NCBI GenBank assembly: GCA_964479945.1
Contig: CAYZNS010000004.1
Span: forward strand, 13,715-77,714
Direction of reading: 5' to 3'
From: an uncultured Candidatus Saccharibacteria bacterium
Lineage (GTDB): Bacteria > Patescibacteriota > Minisyncoccia > Ryanbacterales > 2-02-FULL-48-12
DNA: 64,000 nt
Position 1 is the stretch's first letter. Each line of letters starts with the position of its first letter. Below are positions 9,597 through 20,200 of the stretch, piece by piece. The translations under genes were made by a program, and so were the position numbers. The notes under the pieces were generated by a model that did not search any database, was not told the DNA's origin, and saw only the letters and a list, made by a program, of their open reading frames with translations.

Positions 9597-10682
9597 GTGC
9601 TGCAAAAAATACTCAAAAGGCTCATCTCCTTTCACTCCCTAAGCGGCGATCATGAGGCAAACGCGCGGCTTTTGGATTTTGCGGAAGATATTCTTGGGCA
9701 ACATCTTTTTGTGAGGCGGTTTTCTTCAAACGGTCATCCTTCACTAGTGGCAACCGTGCGGCGAACAAAGAAACCGAAGATGTTGCTGGTGGGACATACG
9801 GATGTGGTGCCGGGTCCGGAGAAATTATTTCGGTTACAGATGCGCGGTGGAAAACTTTTTGGCCGTGGAGTATTGGATATGAAGTTTGCAATAGCATGCT
9901 ACTTGCGGCTTGTGCAAGAGCTTGGTTCCGACATCAAAAAATATGATCTGGGCGTTATACTTACGTCCGATGAAGAAATAGGCGGTTTCAATGGCGTTGA
10001 GTATTTGTTGAAAAAAGGATACGGTGCGGAGTTTGCGTTTCTTCCCGACGGCGGCATAAATTGGCAGATTGAGCGCGGATCCAAAGGCATGTGGCATGTG
10101 GACTTTGAAGTTCATGGCAAAACGGCGCATGCGGCGCATCCGTGGGAAGGGGAGAGCGCGATTATGACATTTTTCAGGTTTCTGCAAGAATTGGAAAAGG
10201 AGTTTGCGCCAAATTTACCCTGTGACGGCAGGCATTACCATGACACCTTGACTATCACGCGCATTGCCGGCGGCGAGACGCCCAATCAGGTGCCGGGGTA
10301 TTTGAGCGCCTCCGTAAATATCCGCTATGTGCCGGAGACGACAAAAAAAGAATTGGAGCAGCGCATATTGCGCGCGGCGAAAAAATTTCCGGCAATTTCA
10401 TTCAAAGAGCGCGTGCATGGCCATGCATGGGTGACGAATCTTGCGCATCCGGTTATACGCGAGTATATTGCAGCGGCGCAAAAACAAGGTGTAGATGTAG
10501 GCGACACATTTTCGCACGGCTCATCCGACGCGCGGTTCTTCGCCGAACGCGGTATTCCGGTTCTTACCGTCTGGCCTCGCGGCGGGGGGCATCACAGCGA
10601 TGAAGAGTGGATAGAGAAGCAGGATTTTGAGAAATATTACCGTATTTTAAAGGAGTTGATAACGGGAGTTGCAAAAAGATAA
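9597..10682 (+). CDS. M20-family metallopeptidase (DapE/ArgE-like deacylase)
   Basis: HTDVV, GxLDMK, SDEEIGG, HGKTAHAAHPWEGESAI motifs; GTG start. Confidence 0.75.
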   Translation: MLQKILKRLISFHSLSGDHEANARLLDFAEDILGQHLFVRRFSSNGHPSLVATVRRTKKPKMLLVGHTDVVPGPEKLFRLQMRGGKLFGRGVLDMKFAIACYLRLVQELGSDIKKYDLGVILTSDEEIGGFNGVEYLLKKGYGAEFAFLPDGGINWQIERGSKGMWHVDFEVHGKTAHAAHPWEGESAIMTFFRFLQELEKEFAPNLPCDGRHYHDTLTITRIAGGETPNQVPGYLSASVNIRYVPETTKKELEQRILRAAKKFPAISFKERVHGHAWVTNLAHPVIREYIAAAQKQGVDVGDTFSHGSSDARFFAERGIPVLTVWPRGGGHHSDEEWIEKQDFEKYYRILKELITGVAKR

Positions 10683-10901
10683 TGTGGTGGTATAATAAGG
10701 ATAATTTTATATTGGAGGTGTCCTTATGCAGCAGGTAGATTGGAAACGAGTCCAGTCTTGCAGCGGTTTTGGCGAGAAGGTAATGATGCTGCGTCATCTC
10801 ACCGGTATTTCGGTGTACGCGGCAATGTTGGAGGTTGATAACCTGCTAAAAAGGAAAAAGGGAGGGAAAGTATTTAAAAAAGAAGGACACTAGGTAGTTT
10901 A

Positions 10902-10937
10902 AAGGAGGCACTAAAAATGCCTCCTTCAACTTTTTTG
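10902..10937 (+). terminator. intrinsic terminator
   Basis: AAGGAGGCAC-taaaaa-TGCCTCCTT hairpin plus T-run, after an unlisted 55-aa ORF (10726-). Confidence 0.5.
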
Positions 10938-11073
10938 ATCCATGTTCTAATATGTATGTAATTGGTGTGAGTAATTAGTAGTTAGGAAAATTTTTGCAGT
11001 GAAATATATCAACTAGTCCTAAATACTAAATACCAGTTACTAAGGACTCAAATTTTTGTGAGAGCAAAAATTT

Positions 11074-12678
11074 ATGACCCGCACGGAACTTCTACAAAAA
11101 TTAAAAGCAAAACGCAAAGAACTTGCTGACCGGGAAGGTATTGAGCTGTTTATGGTATGTACCAACAAGGCGCTGGAGGAGACGGTAAAAGCAATGCCGG
11201 CGACGCTTGCGGATCTGGCGTTGGTAAAAGGTTGGGGGAAGACAAAGATTGCGAAGTACGGCACAGATGTATTGGATATCATCGTGCATGGCAATTTGGA
11301 AGATCAATCGCCAAGTTCACTTGGACGTCCGGTTTCCAAGTCAGAGGGGGCGGTGTTTTCTGTTGCAGAATTTTTGGATGCCGTCAATATTACACTCGCG
11401 CGGTTGGGGGCCGTGCGCGTGCAGGGAGAGGTCAGCGAGCTTAAAACGAGAGGGGCCGCCGTGTATTTTACGCTCAAAGACACTGAAGGAGAGGCAAGCG
11501 TGAAGTGTGTATTGTGGGCCTGGAAATTTGAACGCGAGTACAGCTATTTGGAAGACGGCATGGAAATAGTGGTGGACGCGCTGCCGGAAGTATATGCAAA
11601 ATTTGGAACGTTTGACCTCAAGGTGGAGCGGGTGGAGCCAGTTGGCGAAGGGGCGCTGCAAAAAGCGTTTGAAGCATTGAAGAAAAAATTGGAAGCAAAA
11701 GGATATTTTAATGCTGCTCGCAAACGCCCTATTCCCGCCATAGTGCGGCGTATCGGGGTTATTACATCCGAGAAAGGGGAAGCCATAAACGATTTTCTAA
11801 AAAACATCGGGGCATACGGATTTGAAATTGTCCTCACTGATGTGCGTGTGGAAGGAGCACAGGCGGAAGATACGATAGTATCCGCATTCCATCGCATGAA
11901 TAAGGAACGCCACGACCTAGACGTAATCTGCCTTATTCGTGGCGGCGGCGGGCTCGAGAATTTAAAAGCATTTAATACGGAGCGTGTTGCGGAAGCGGTG
12001 GCAACATCGCGCATCCCCGTGATGACTGGCATCGGCCATGAGCGCGATGTAACCATTGCGAGCTTGTCGTCCGATGCGGATTTTTCCACGCCTACGAAGG
12101 TGGCGGACGCAATACGAAGAGGCAGAGAGGACATGTTGCGCGCTATAGAAAGGCAGGCGCAAGATGCGTCTCAATGTGTAAAAGAATTGTTGCGGGAAGC
12201 CCTGCAAGCAGCCGCACTTCTGGCAGGCGAGCTGCAGCGCACGCCGGATAGGGTACTGGAACGCGCGCGCGTGCGTATAAGCGGCGCGGCTCATAGAATG
12301 GAGTCCGCATTAGGGCGCGTTTTTGCGGCCTTTAACCTTCTGGAGCGCAGGATCCGGGATGGCATGCATAGATACACCCGCATGCTTCAAGAAGCGCAGC
12401 ACCTCATATCCCGCGAGGCCGCGGGTATGCGCGAATACATGCAGGGCGCGCTGCAAACTATGGGGAAACGTATTGCAGTGGCTTCAGCCGCTCTTGTGCC
12501 GTTGAATCCAGCCGCCCCGTTACAGCGCGGGTATAGTATTGTGTATGGACCGGATGGGAAGGTGGTAAAAGATTCTGAATGTGTTACTATTGGTGAATAT
12601 GTTACCGTACGGCTCTATAAGGGAAAGATCAAATCAAAAGTTGAAGGCATAGATTTAAATGAAAACATTAAAGCATGA
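11074..12678 (+). CDS. xseA: exodeoxyribonuclease VII large subunit with N-terminal HRDC domain
   Basis: N-terminal ~70 aa match HRDC consensus (ELLQKLKAKRKELADREGIELFMVCTNKALEE…LALVKGWGKTKIAKYG); OB fold plus IRGGGGLENLKAFN…GIGHERD XseA core; xseB follows. Confidence 0.8.
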   Translation: MTRTELLQKLKAKRKELADREGIELFMVCTNKALEETVKAMPATLADLALVKGWGKTKIAKYGTDVLDIIVHGNLEDQSPSSLGRPVSKSEGAVFSVAEFLDAVNITLARLGAVRVQGEVSELKTRGAAVYFTLKDTEGEASVKCVLWAWKFEREYSYLEDGMEIVVDALPEVYAKFGTFDLKVERVEPVGEGALQKAFEALKKKLEAKGYFNAARKRPIPAIVRRIGVITSEKGEAINDFLKNIGAYGFEIVLTDVRVEGAQAEDTIVSAFHRMNKERHDLDVICLIRGGGGLENLKAFNTERVAEAVATSRIPVMTGIGHERDVTIASLSSDADFSTPTKVADAIRRGREDMLRAIERQAQDASQCVKELLREALQAAALLAGELQRTPDRVLERARVRISGAAHRMESALGRVFAAFNLLERRIRDGMHRYTRMLQEAQHLISREAAGMREYMQGALQTMGKRIAVASAALVPLNPAAPLQRGYSIVYGPDGKVVKDSECVTIGEYVTVRLYKGKIKSKVEGIDLNENIKA

Positions 12679-12741
12679 AAACATAAAAACAAAACAACTT
12701 GTTTTTATGCTTTTGTGTTTTCATGTTTTAATGAATTACAT

Positions 12742-12993
12742 ATGTCTTCCCAAAAACAAACAATAGAACAATCCCTTAAACGCCTCGAAAAGATCGTGGA
12801 AGAACTTAACGCACGCGACGTGGATGTTGAGGAAGGGCTTGCCAAATTCAAAGAAGGCGTGGAATTAATAAAGGCGTGCCGCAGCCAGCTGGGTCAGGCG
12901 GAAAATGAGTTTAAGAAATTACAAAAGGAGTTAGATGCTGATGATAAAAGTACTTTTTTTGAAGGAGGAGAAAATAATAGTGATGAATTATGA
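12742..12993 (+). CDS. xseB: exodeoxyribonuclease VII small subunit
   Basis: SLKRLEKIVEELNARDVDVEEGLAKFKEGVELIKACRSQL; ATG at 12742 (the track ORF begins at an upstream GTG). Confidence 0.75.
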   Translation: MSSQKQTIEQSLKRLEKIVEELNARDVDVEEGLAKFKEGVELIKACRSQLGQAENEFKKLQKELDADDKSTFFEGGENNSDEL

Positions 12994-13106
12994 AGCATGA
13001 ATTATGAATTACGGAGAAAAAAGAATTGCGAGTTTTATAATACTTTTCCATAATTCCATATTCATGATTCATGTAAATAGATGAGTAATCGTATTGATAG
13101 AAAATA

Positions 13107-14897
13107 ATGGTAGAAAAAGTAGTTAATTCTCTCGGCAACCTGCCCTCCTGGGATCTCTCCGCTTTTTTCAGCGGCAAGGGCGATCCGCGCATAGCAGAAG
13201 TGTTGGCGGAGACACTGGCCCGCGCGGAGCGGTTTGAAAAAACTTGGCGCGGAACGGTAACTGATGCGTCTTCCGGCGAAGATATTCTTGCCGCTTTACA
13301 GGAATACGAAGCAATAATTCAGGAAGCGCAGAAACCGCAGCATTATGCGCATCTTCTGCAGACGGCGGATAGCACGGACGCGGAACATGGGGCGCTGGTG
13401 CAAAAAACAAGCGCGGGGTTTTTAGATATATACCGGCATCTGGTCTTTTTTGAGCTGGAACTGCTCCAGATTTCTCCTGATACGCCTCATCCAAATTATC
13501 GCCATTTTCTAGCAAATCTCCTCAAAACAAAACCCCATCGCTTGTCCGAATCCGAGGAACAGATCATGAACGATCTTTCTCTTACGGGACCGGCCGCGTT
13601 TACGCGGTTGTTTGACGAAGAGTTGTCGCAGAAAAAATTTATGGTTGCAGGGGAAGGCGGTACGGAAGAATGGCCGGAAGAAAAAGTGCTTAACTTGCTG
13701 TACGATTCTGACCGGGAACGGCGCAAAGCCGGCGCGGATGCAATGACGCGGGGTCTTTCAGCAGACTTGAGGCGCTTTACGTTTATTTTCAATACGCTGG
13801 GTGAAGATAAACATATCCGCGATCGGTATCAAAAGTTCGCCACACCGGAAGCATCCCGCCATCTTTTCAACGAGGTTACGCAGGAGATGGTGGACACCAT
13901 GAGTGAAGCCGTACACGAGAGCCGCGGCGTAGTCGCTGATTACTATAATCTGAAACGCGAAGTCCTGGGCCTCACAGAGCTGTATGATTATGACAGGTAT
14001 GCTCCCGTTTTGGAGACGCAGCGCCTGTATGCGTTTGATGAAGCCCGGGAGATGATGCTTGGTGCGTATGGCCGGTTTACGCCGGTGATGCGCGATGCGG
14101 CGCAGGAATTCTTCCGGGAAAGCTGGATAGACGCGGAGACGCGGCATGGTAAACGCGGCGGCGCTTTTTGCTCGTTCGGCACGCCCGATACGCATCCGGT
14201 GGTGTTTTTAAATTATCTTGGCACGGTAAAGCATGTTATGACGCTTGCGCATGAGCTGGGGCATGGCGTGCATGCGTCACTCATGCGGAAGCAAACAATG
14301 CTTAATTTTGATACGCCCCTGACTATAGCGGAGACTGCAAGCGTGTTCGGTGAGATGCTGGTATTTGACAGTTTGCGTTCCACCATGACAGGCCGCGATC
14401 TTCTGGCGCTTACCATGGGTAAAATTGAAGAGATTTTCGCCACCATTTTCCGCCAGCATGCAATGTATCAATTTGAACGCGATTTTCATGCAGCTCGTAG
14501 AAGTGAAGGCGAGCTGAAACCCGAGCGTATTAACGAGATGTGGATGAATCGCCAGAAAGAGATGTTCGGGGATTCCGTGATACTGCGCGACGATTACCGC
14601 ATCTGGTGGAGCTATATTCCGCATTTTCTCCATACGCCATTTTACGTATATGCATATGTGTTCGGTGAGTTGTTGACGCTTTCATTTTATGATATGTATC
14701 AGAAAACCGCCGACAAAGCGGCATTCGCGGAACAATATCTAGCCATGCTGGAGGCGGGAGGCACTAAAACGCCGGAAGAGCTGATGGAGCCGTTCGGTAT
14801 AGATTTAAATCGTAAAGAGTTTTGGCAGGGAGGCCTTTGTGTGATACAAGATCTTGTAAAGGAGGCAAAACAGCTATATATAATTCATAATTCTTAA
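13107..14897 (+). CDS. pepF: oligoendopeptidase F (M3B family)
   Basis: HEXXH zinc site LAHELGHGVH, 596 aa M3 architecture. Confidence 0.85.
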   Translation: MVEKVVNSLGNLPSWDLSAFFSGKGDPRIAEVLAETLARAERFEKTWRGTVTDASSGEDILAALQEYEAIIQEAQKPQHYAHLLQTADSTDAEHGALVQKTSAGFLDIYRHLVFFELELLQISPDTPHPNYRHFLANLLKTKPHRLSESEEQIMNDLSLTGPAAFTRLFDEELSQKKFMVAGEGGTEEWPEEKVLNLLYDSDRERRKAGADAMTRGLSADLRRFTFIFNTLGEDKHIRDRYQKFATPEASRHLFNEVTQEMVDTMSEAVHESRGVVADYYNLKREVLGLTELYDYDRYAPVLETQRLYAFDEAREMMLGAYGRFTPVMRDAAQEFFRESWIDAETRHGKRGGAFCSFGTPDTHPVVFLNYLGTVKHVMTLAHELGHGVHASLMRKQTMLNFDTPLTIAETASVFGEMLVFDSLRSTMTGRDLLALTMGKIEEIFATIFRQHAMYQFERDFHAARRSEGELKPERINEMWMNRQKEMFGDSVILRDDYRIWWSYIPHFLHTPFYVYAYVFGELLTLSFYDMYQKTADKAAFAEQYLAMLEAGGTKTPEELMEPFGIDLNRKEFWQGGLCVIQDLVKEAKQLYIIHNS

Positions 14898-14903
14898 AGA
14901 TAT

Positions 14904-15878
14904 ATGGCCTTGTTTTACGTTTCCGTATTTCTTCTCTCAAGCATTATGCTCGCCATCGCGGGCGACTGGTTGGTGCGCTCGCTTGCCCGTATTGCGCGCT
15001 ATTTCGGCTGGCAGGAATTTATTGCGGCATTTTTTATTATGTCTGTTGCCGTCTCCGTGCCGGAGTTGTTTATCGGCATTACCGCCGCCGCGGAAGGCAT
15101 TCCGGAGCTTTCATTCGGCAATATTGTGGGCGCTAATATTATCCACTTCACGCTTGCCCTCGCATTGGCAACCATTGTGTTGGGCGAGCTAAAGTTTGAA
15201 AGCGTGCAAATACGCACCAGCGTCAATTTTACCTTTCTTTTTGCGCTTCTGCCGTTTTTACTCATGATTGACGGCGACTTGTCGCGCGCGGATGGGGTTA
15301 TTCTTATGAGTTCTTTTTTTATCTATGTGCTGTGGGTTTTCTCCAAACGCGAGCGCTTTAGCCAACAGTACCAGCCATTGGCGTTAAACGGTCATCAACT
15401 GCTCTCGCCGTTGGAAAAATTTCGGCAATTCATGAAAGACGTGGGGCTGTTCGTGGCCGGCATTAGCGTGCTTATCGCGGCATCCCAGGGCATCGTAAAT
15501 TCAGCTGCGTTTTTCGCTGACATATTCAATATACCTCTTGTGGTAGTTGGCGTATTTATCGTGGGTTTGGGCACGGCGTTGCCGGAGACGTATTTTGCGG
15601 TTGCCTCTGCCCGCCGCGGCAACGCATGGATGGTAGTGGGAAATTTACTTGGATCAACCGTGCTCACCGCAAGTTTTGTGCTTGGCCTGGTCGCATTTAT
15701 CCACCCCATTGTCATCGTGGATTTTTCGCCGTATGTCGTTGCGCGCGCGTTTCTCGTGATGTCTGCGGTAGCGCTTCTGTTATTTTCGCGTACGGAACAT
15801 AAAATTACATCCCGCGAGGCATTTGCGATGCTGACGTTGTATATTCTCTTTGCAGTCGCGCAAGCAGCCGCGAAATAA
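14904..15878 (+). CDS. CaCA-family cation/Ca2+ exchanger (YrbG-like)
   Basis: two alpha-repeat motifs GNIVGANIIH and GNLLGSTVLT, ~10 TM. Confidence 0.75.
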   Translation: MALFYVSVFLLSSIMLAIAGDWLVRSLARIARYFGWQEFIAAFFIMSVAVSVPELFIGITAAAEGIPELSFGNIVGANIIHFTLALALATIVLGELKFESVQIRTSVNFTFLFALLPFLLMIDGDLSRADGVILMSSFFIYVLWVFSKRERFSQQYQPLALNGHQLLSPLEKFRQFMKDVGLFVAGISVLIAASQGIVNSAAFFADIFNIPLVVVGVFIVGLGTALPETYFAVASARRGNAWMVVGNLLGSTVLTASFVLGLVAFIHPIVIVDFSPYVVARAFLVMSAVALLLFSRTEHKITSREAFAMLTLYILFAVAQAAAK

Positions 15879-16058
15879 AATGTGGAAACGTATCTATACC
15901 ATCAGGCAAGAAACAATTGAGCGGCGCCTATTCCCCCTTATGATACTATGTTTATTATAAACGGTTATTTTTAAGATAGGCTCTATTTACTTTATATAAA
16001 AAATAAGGTAGTGTCTAGACAAGTTTGAAATTCATGTCTTATATAGTAAGGAGAGCGT

Positions 16059-16424
16059 ATGAGTTATTTGGATCAAGAAGGTGTAAGCGGCATATTTCTG
16101 TCGGAAATCATCATTCAAGCAACACCAGGGTACGCGTCGTGGGAGCTCGTCAAGAAAAATATACAGCATTCAGGCGAAACGCGGCTCATCTGGGCAGTTT
16201 TTTATGAAGCCGTTGGGTATCTTCTAAAACACTATCAAGAACATGTCTGCAATGCCGCCGTAAAGCGGGAGATCAAAGATGTGGAAGATTGGATTAACAA
16301 CAATGATGATGCTTGGCCATTTAGTTTTATAAATATTTGCAGAAATCTTGGATTAGATCCTGACTATGTTCGGAGCGGGATCGCGCGCAAAAAGCGAGTC
16401 CTTTCTGGACTAGTACCCCATTAA
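16059..16424 (+). CDS. hypothetical protein, paralog 1 of a tandem pair
   Basis: shares C-terminal W..F.F.NIC..LGL.P.Y.R.G block with the following ORF; SD present. Confidence 0.5.
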   Translation: MSYLDQEGVSGIFLSEIIIQATPGYASWELVKKNIQHSGETRLIWAVFYEAVGYLLKHYQEHVCNAAVKREIKDVEDWINNNDDAWPFSFINICRNLGLDPDYVRSGIARKKRVLSGLVPH

Positions 16425-16440
16425 ATTAATTTTGTCGTTG

Positions 16441-16515
16441 TTTTTCTGCGTTTTTCTGCGTAAAGTCTGCGAATTTCTGCGAGTACTTCCGACAAATTTA
16501 TTTTAAGGAAGTACT
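16441..16515 (+). promoter_or_regulatory. periodic TTCTGCG repeat array plus 9-bp inverted repeat over the RBS of paralog 2
   Basis: CTGCG at 16447/16457/16468/16478 (10-11 bp phasing); AGTACTTCC…GGAAGTACT perfect inverted repeat. Confidence 0.4.
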
Positions 16516-16526
16516 AGAGGTGTCAC

Positions 16527-16928
16527 ATGGGTGTCAATGATTCATGGAAGGGCGCTAATACATTAGGAAACTGCACAATCTTGCCGGAACAATTTTTTCC
16601 GGTGCAAAGCCACAAATTCACGCCTGAGATGAGATTGTTGGTCGCCATCCTTGAAGATGCTCTTCACATTTTTCAACGATGTGCGCATGCAAGAACAAGG
16701 CGTGAACGGCGCCTTTGGGAGGAAGTACGGGATTGGTTCTGGGATAAGGAGGAGTCAATATGGTTGTGTAATTTTGAAAATATTTGCGGCATATTGGGGT
16801 TGGAACCCGGGTATCTCCGATGCGGGCTAACCGCATGGCTAGAAAAGGCAAAACAAGATCCTCAACTTAAAATACCTCTCCGGCAGCGCGTAAATAGATG
16901 CGGCAGTCATCGCGTCTCTGATGAATAA
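16527..16928 (+). CDS. hypothetical protein, paralog 2 of a tandem pair
   Basis: EMRLLVAILEDALHIF…WLCNFENICGILGLEPGYLRCG aligns to paralog 1. Confidence 0.5.
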   Translation: MGVNDSWKGANTLGNCTILPEQFFPVQSHKFTPEMRLLVAILEDALHIFQRCAHARTRRERRLWEEVRDWFWDKEESIWLCNFENICGILGLEPGYLRCGLTAWLEKAKQDPQLKIPLRQRVNRCGSHRVSDE

Positions 16929-16938
16929 ACTGTCCCAT

Positions 16939-16968
16939 ATGACCCTGAATTTCGGGGTCATTTTTTTG
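16939..16968 (+). terminator. intrinsic terminator
   Basis: ATGACCC-tgaatttc-GGGGTCAT hairpin plus T7. Confidence 0.6.
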
Positions 16969-17068
16969 TGCAACACCGAATGCCGCACAGGTACCGGCAC
17001 GGGACTTGACTTTTATTTTTCAATTTGCTAGCATTTTTAAAGCTGTGGATAACTTTTTTGGCAGGGCT

Positions 17069-17097
17069 TTGCCAAAAGGCATCCTGTGTGTTACTAT
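17069..17097 (+). promoter_or_regulatory. candidate sigma70-like promoter for rpoB (TTGCCA-17-TACTAT)
   Basis: hexamer match and spacing only; ~185-nt leader follows. Confidence 0.3.
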
Positions 17098-17281
17098 ATT
17101 AATACAAGCTAATCAACGTTGGTTTTTTGAATACAAAAGGGGTATATTGCTAAAAGTCCGAGAAGTCCTGTCGTTGGAAGGGGATAGGGCTTTTTGATGT
17201 TTTCATTATAATCTCCTTATCATAAAGCCCCTGCTTTAACCCCTGTTTTGCATAGGGGAGGGGCGCTCACATTCAAACATA

Positions 17282-20200
17282 ATGCAAAAGAAATATTTTT
17301 CGCGGTATAAAGAGCCGCTTATGCCGCTGCCTGACTTGGTGGATATGCAGGTCAGCTCTTTTCGGTGGATGCTGGAGAAAGGTATGCATGAGCTTTTTAG
17401 CGATTTCTTTCCGGTAGAGGACTACTCGGGCGGCCTTCGGTTGGAATTTGCCGAATTTGCCCTGGAAGACCCGAAACACGATGAATACCACGCGCGCGAT
17501 CACAATCTTTCTTATGAAGCTCCGTTGCGGCTTCGCTTGCGGCTGGTAAACAAAAAAACAGGAGAGTTAAAAGAGCAGGAAGTTTTTTTGGGGGATTTTC
17601 CCCTGATGACGAAACGCGGCACCTTTGTTATAAACGGCGTTGAGCGGGTTATAGTTTCGCAGCTTGCCCGTTCATTCGGCGTATACTTTACGGAATATTA
17701 TCTCCGCGGCAAAAAGTTTTTTGGCGCAAAAATTGTGCCTTCGCGCGGCGCATGGCTGGAGTTTGAGACGGATATTGACGGCGCCATTTATGTAAAAATA
17801 GACCGCAAGCGGCGCATACCCGTCTCTTCACTGCTGCGGATACTTGGCCTTCATACGGATGATGAAATAAAAAACGCGTTTGGAACGGTAGACAACACGG
17901 ACGTATCGTATATCGGCCGCACGTTGGAAAAAGATACGGCGCGCACTCTGGATGAAGCATATGTGGAGCTCTACAAGCGCATTCGGCCGGGGGATCTTGC
18001 CACGGTGGATAATGCGCGCGAACTTTTGCAGAGCATGTTCGGCTCGGATCGGTACGATCTTTCCCTGGTGGGGCGGTATAAGTTTAATCAGCGCTTGCAG
18101 TTGGAAAGCGGGACAAAAGCAGGGACCCGCGTTTTAGACGCGCAAGATATAACGGCGGTTGTATCGGAGATTATCCGCATGAACCAGAATCCGCATCTAA
18201 CGGCAGACGATATTGACCATCTTGGAAACCGGCGGGTTCGCGGCATCGGCGAGATGCTGCAAAGCAGGCTTCGTATTGGCTTGGCGCGCATGGAGCGCAT
18301 TATCAAAGACCGCATGTCAACGCTAGATGCAAGCTTGCTCACGCCGGTTCAACTGGTAAACGCGCGGCCGTTTATGGCGGCTATGAAAGAATTTTTCACC
18401 ACGAACCAACTGTCCCAATTCATGGACCAGACAAATATCTTAGCCGAGTTGGAACACAAGCGGCGCGTATCTGCCCTTGGTCCCGGCGGGCTTACGCGGG
18501 AGCGCGCTGGTTTTGAAGTGCGCGACGTGCATCCGTCCCACTATGGCCGCATCTGTCCCATTCAGACGCCGGAAGGCCCGAACATCGGGTTGGTAGGCCA
18601 CCTTGCCAGCTACGCGCGCATAAGCGAATACGGCATTATTGAAACGCCATATCGCAAGGTTGAAGACGGAAAGCTTACCAGTGAAATTCAATATCTGACG
18701 GCATTTGAGGAAGCGCGGTTTAATATTGCGCATGCGGGCGTTCCGTATCTCTCTGATGGCACTATTGCCGAGGATCTGGTGGAAGCGCGCGTCAAAGGCC
18801 AGCCGGGCGTTGTCTCAAAGAGCGACATACAATATATGGATATCTCGCCCCAGCAGGCAATCAGTATTGCCACGTCCCTTATTCCGTTTCTGGAGCACGA
18901 TGACGCAAACCGTGCCTTGATGGGCTCCAACATGCAGCGCCAGGCCGTTCCCAATATTTTGCCGCAAGCGCCGTTGGTGGCGACTGGCGTAGAAGGCCGC
19001 GTGGCGCGCGACTCGGGCTTGGTGGTGGTAGCTGAAGAAGCGGGAACGGTAACCGCCGTGGACGCGCGGGAAATCATCGTAAAAGAAAGCAAGCAGGAGC
19101 GTACATATCAACTTATCACGTATCTGCGTTCAAACAATGCCACGGCTTTGCATCACCGGCCACTGGTGCACGTGGGCGAAAAGATAGAAAAAGGCCAAGT
19201 GCTTGCCGATAATCTCTCTACGAACAACGGCCAGCTGGCGCTGGGGCAGAATATATTGGTATCGTTTCTTTCCTGGGGCGGATCAAACTATGAAGACGCT
19301 ATTATCTTGTCGGAGCGGTTGGTGCAGCGGGACGCCTTCAGCACGGTACACATTGAAGATTTTACCATCAACGTGCGCGACACAAAGCTTGGTCCGGAAG
19401 TAACCACCCACGATATTCCGAACGTGGGCGAAGACAAGTTAAAGGACCTTGACGAAGAAGGAATTGTGCGTATTGGTGCGGAAGTGCGGCCGGGAGACAT
19501 TTTGGTAGGAAAAATATCGCCGAAGGGCGAGTCTGACTTAACGCCGGAGGAGCGGCTCTTGCGCGCGATTTTCGGTGAGAAAGCGCGGGACGTAAAAGAC
19601 TCTTCGCTGCGCATGCCGATCGGCAAACAGGGGCGCGTGGTAGGGGTGAAAGTGTTCTCGCGCGATCAGGGCGACCGTTTGGAGTCGGGTGTAATTAAAA
19701 GCGTGCGCGTGGAAGTGGCACAGCTTCGTAAAGTTCTGGTGGGCGATAAGCTTGCAGGGCGGCACGGAAACAAAGGCGTTATTTCAAGAATTCTGCCGGT
19801 GGAAGATATGCCGCATCTCAAGGACGGCACGCCGGTTGACATTATATTAAATCCGCTGGGCGTGGCATCGCGCATGAATATCGGTCAGATTTTAGAGACG
19901 CATCTTGGCTGGGCGGCGGGCACGGCGGGATATCAAGCTATAACGCCGTCGCTTCTGGGCGCTTCGGACGAAGAAATTCACGCGGAGCTTGAAGCGGCCG
20001 GCTTGCCGGAGGATGGCAAGGTGGAACTGTACGACGGCCGCAGCGGCGAGCTCTTCGGCCAGCGCGTAACCGTAGGCATTATTTATATGATGAAGCTCAC
20101 ACACATGGTGGAAGACAAAATCCACATGCGCTCCATCGGGCCGTATTCACTTATTACTCAGCAGCCGCTCGGCGGAAAAGCGCAAGGCGGCGGGCAGCGG

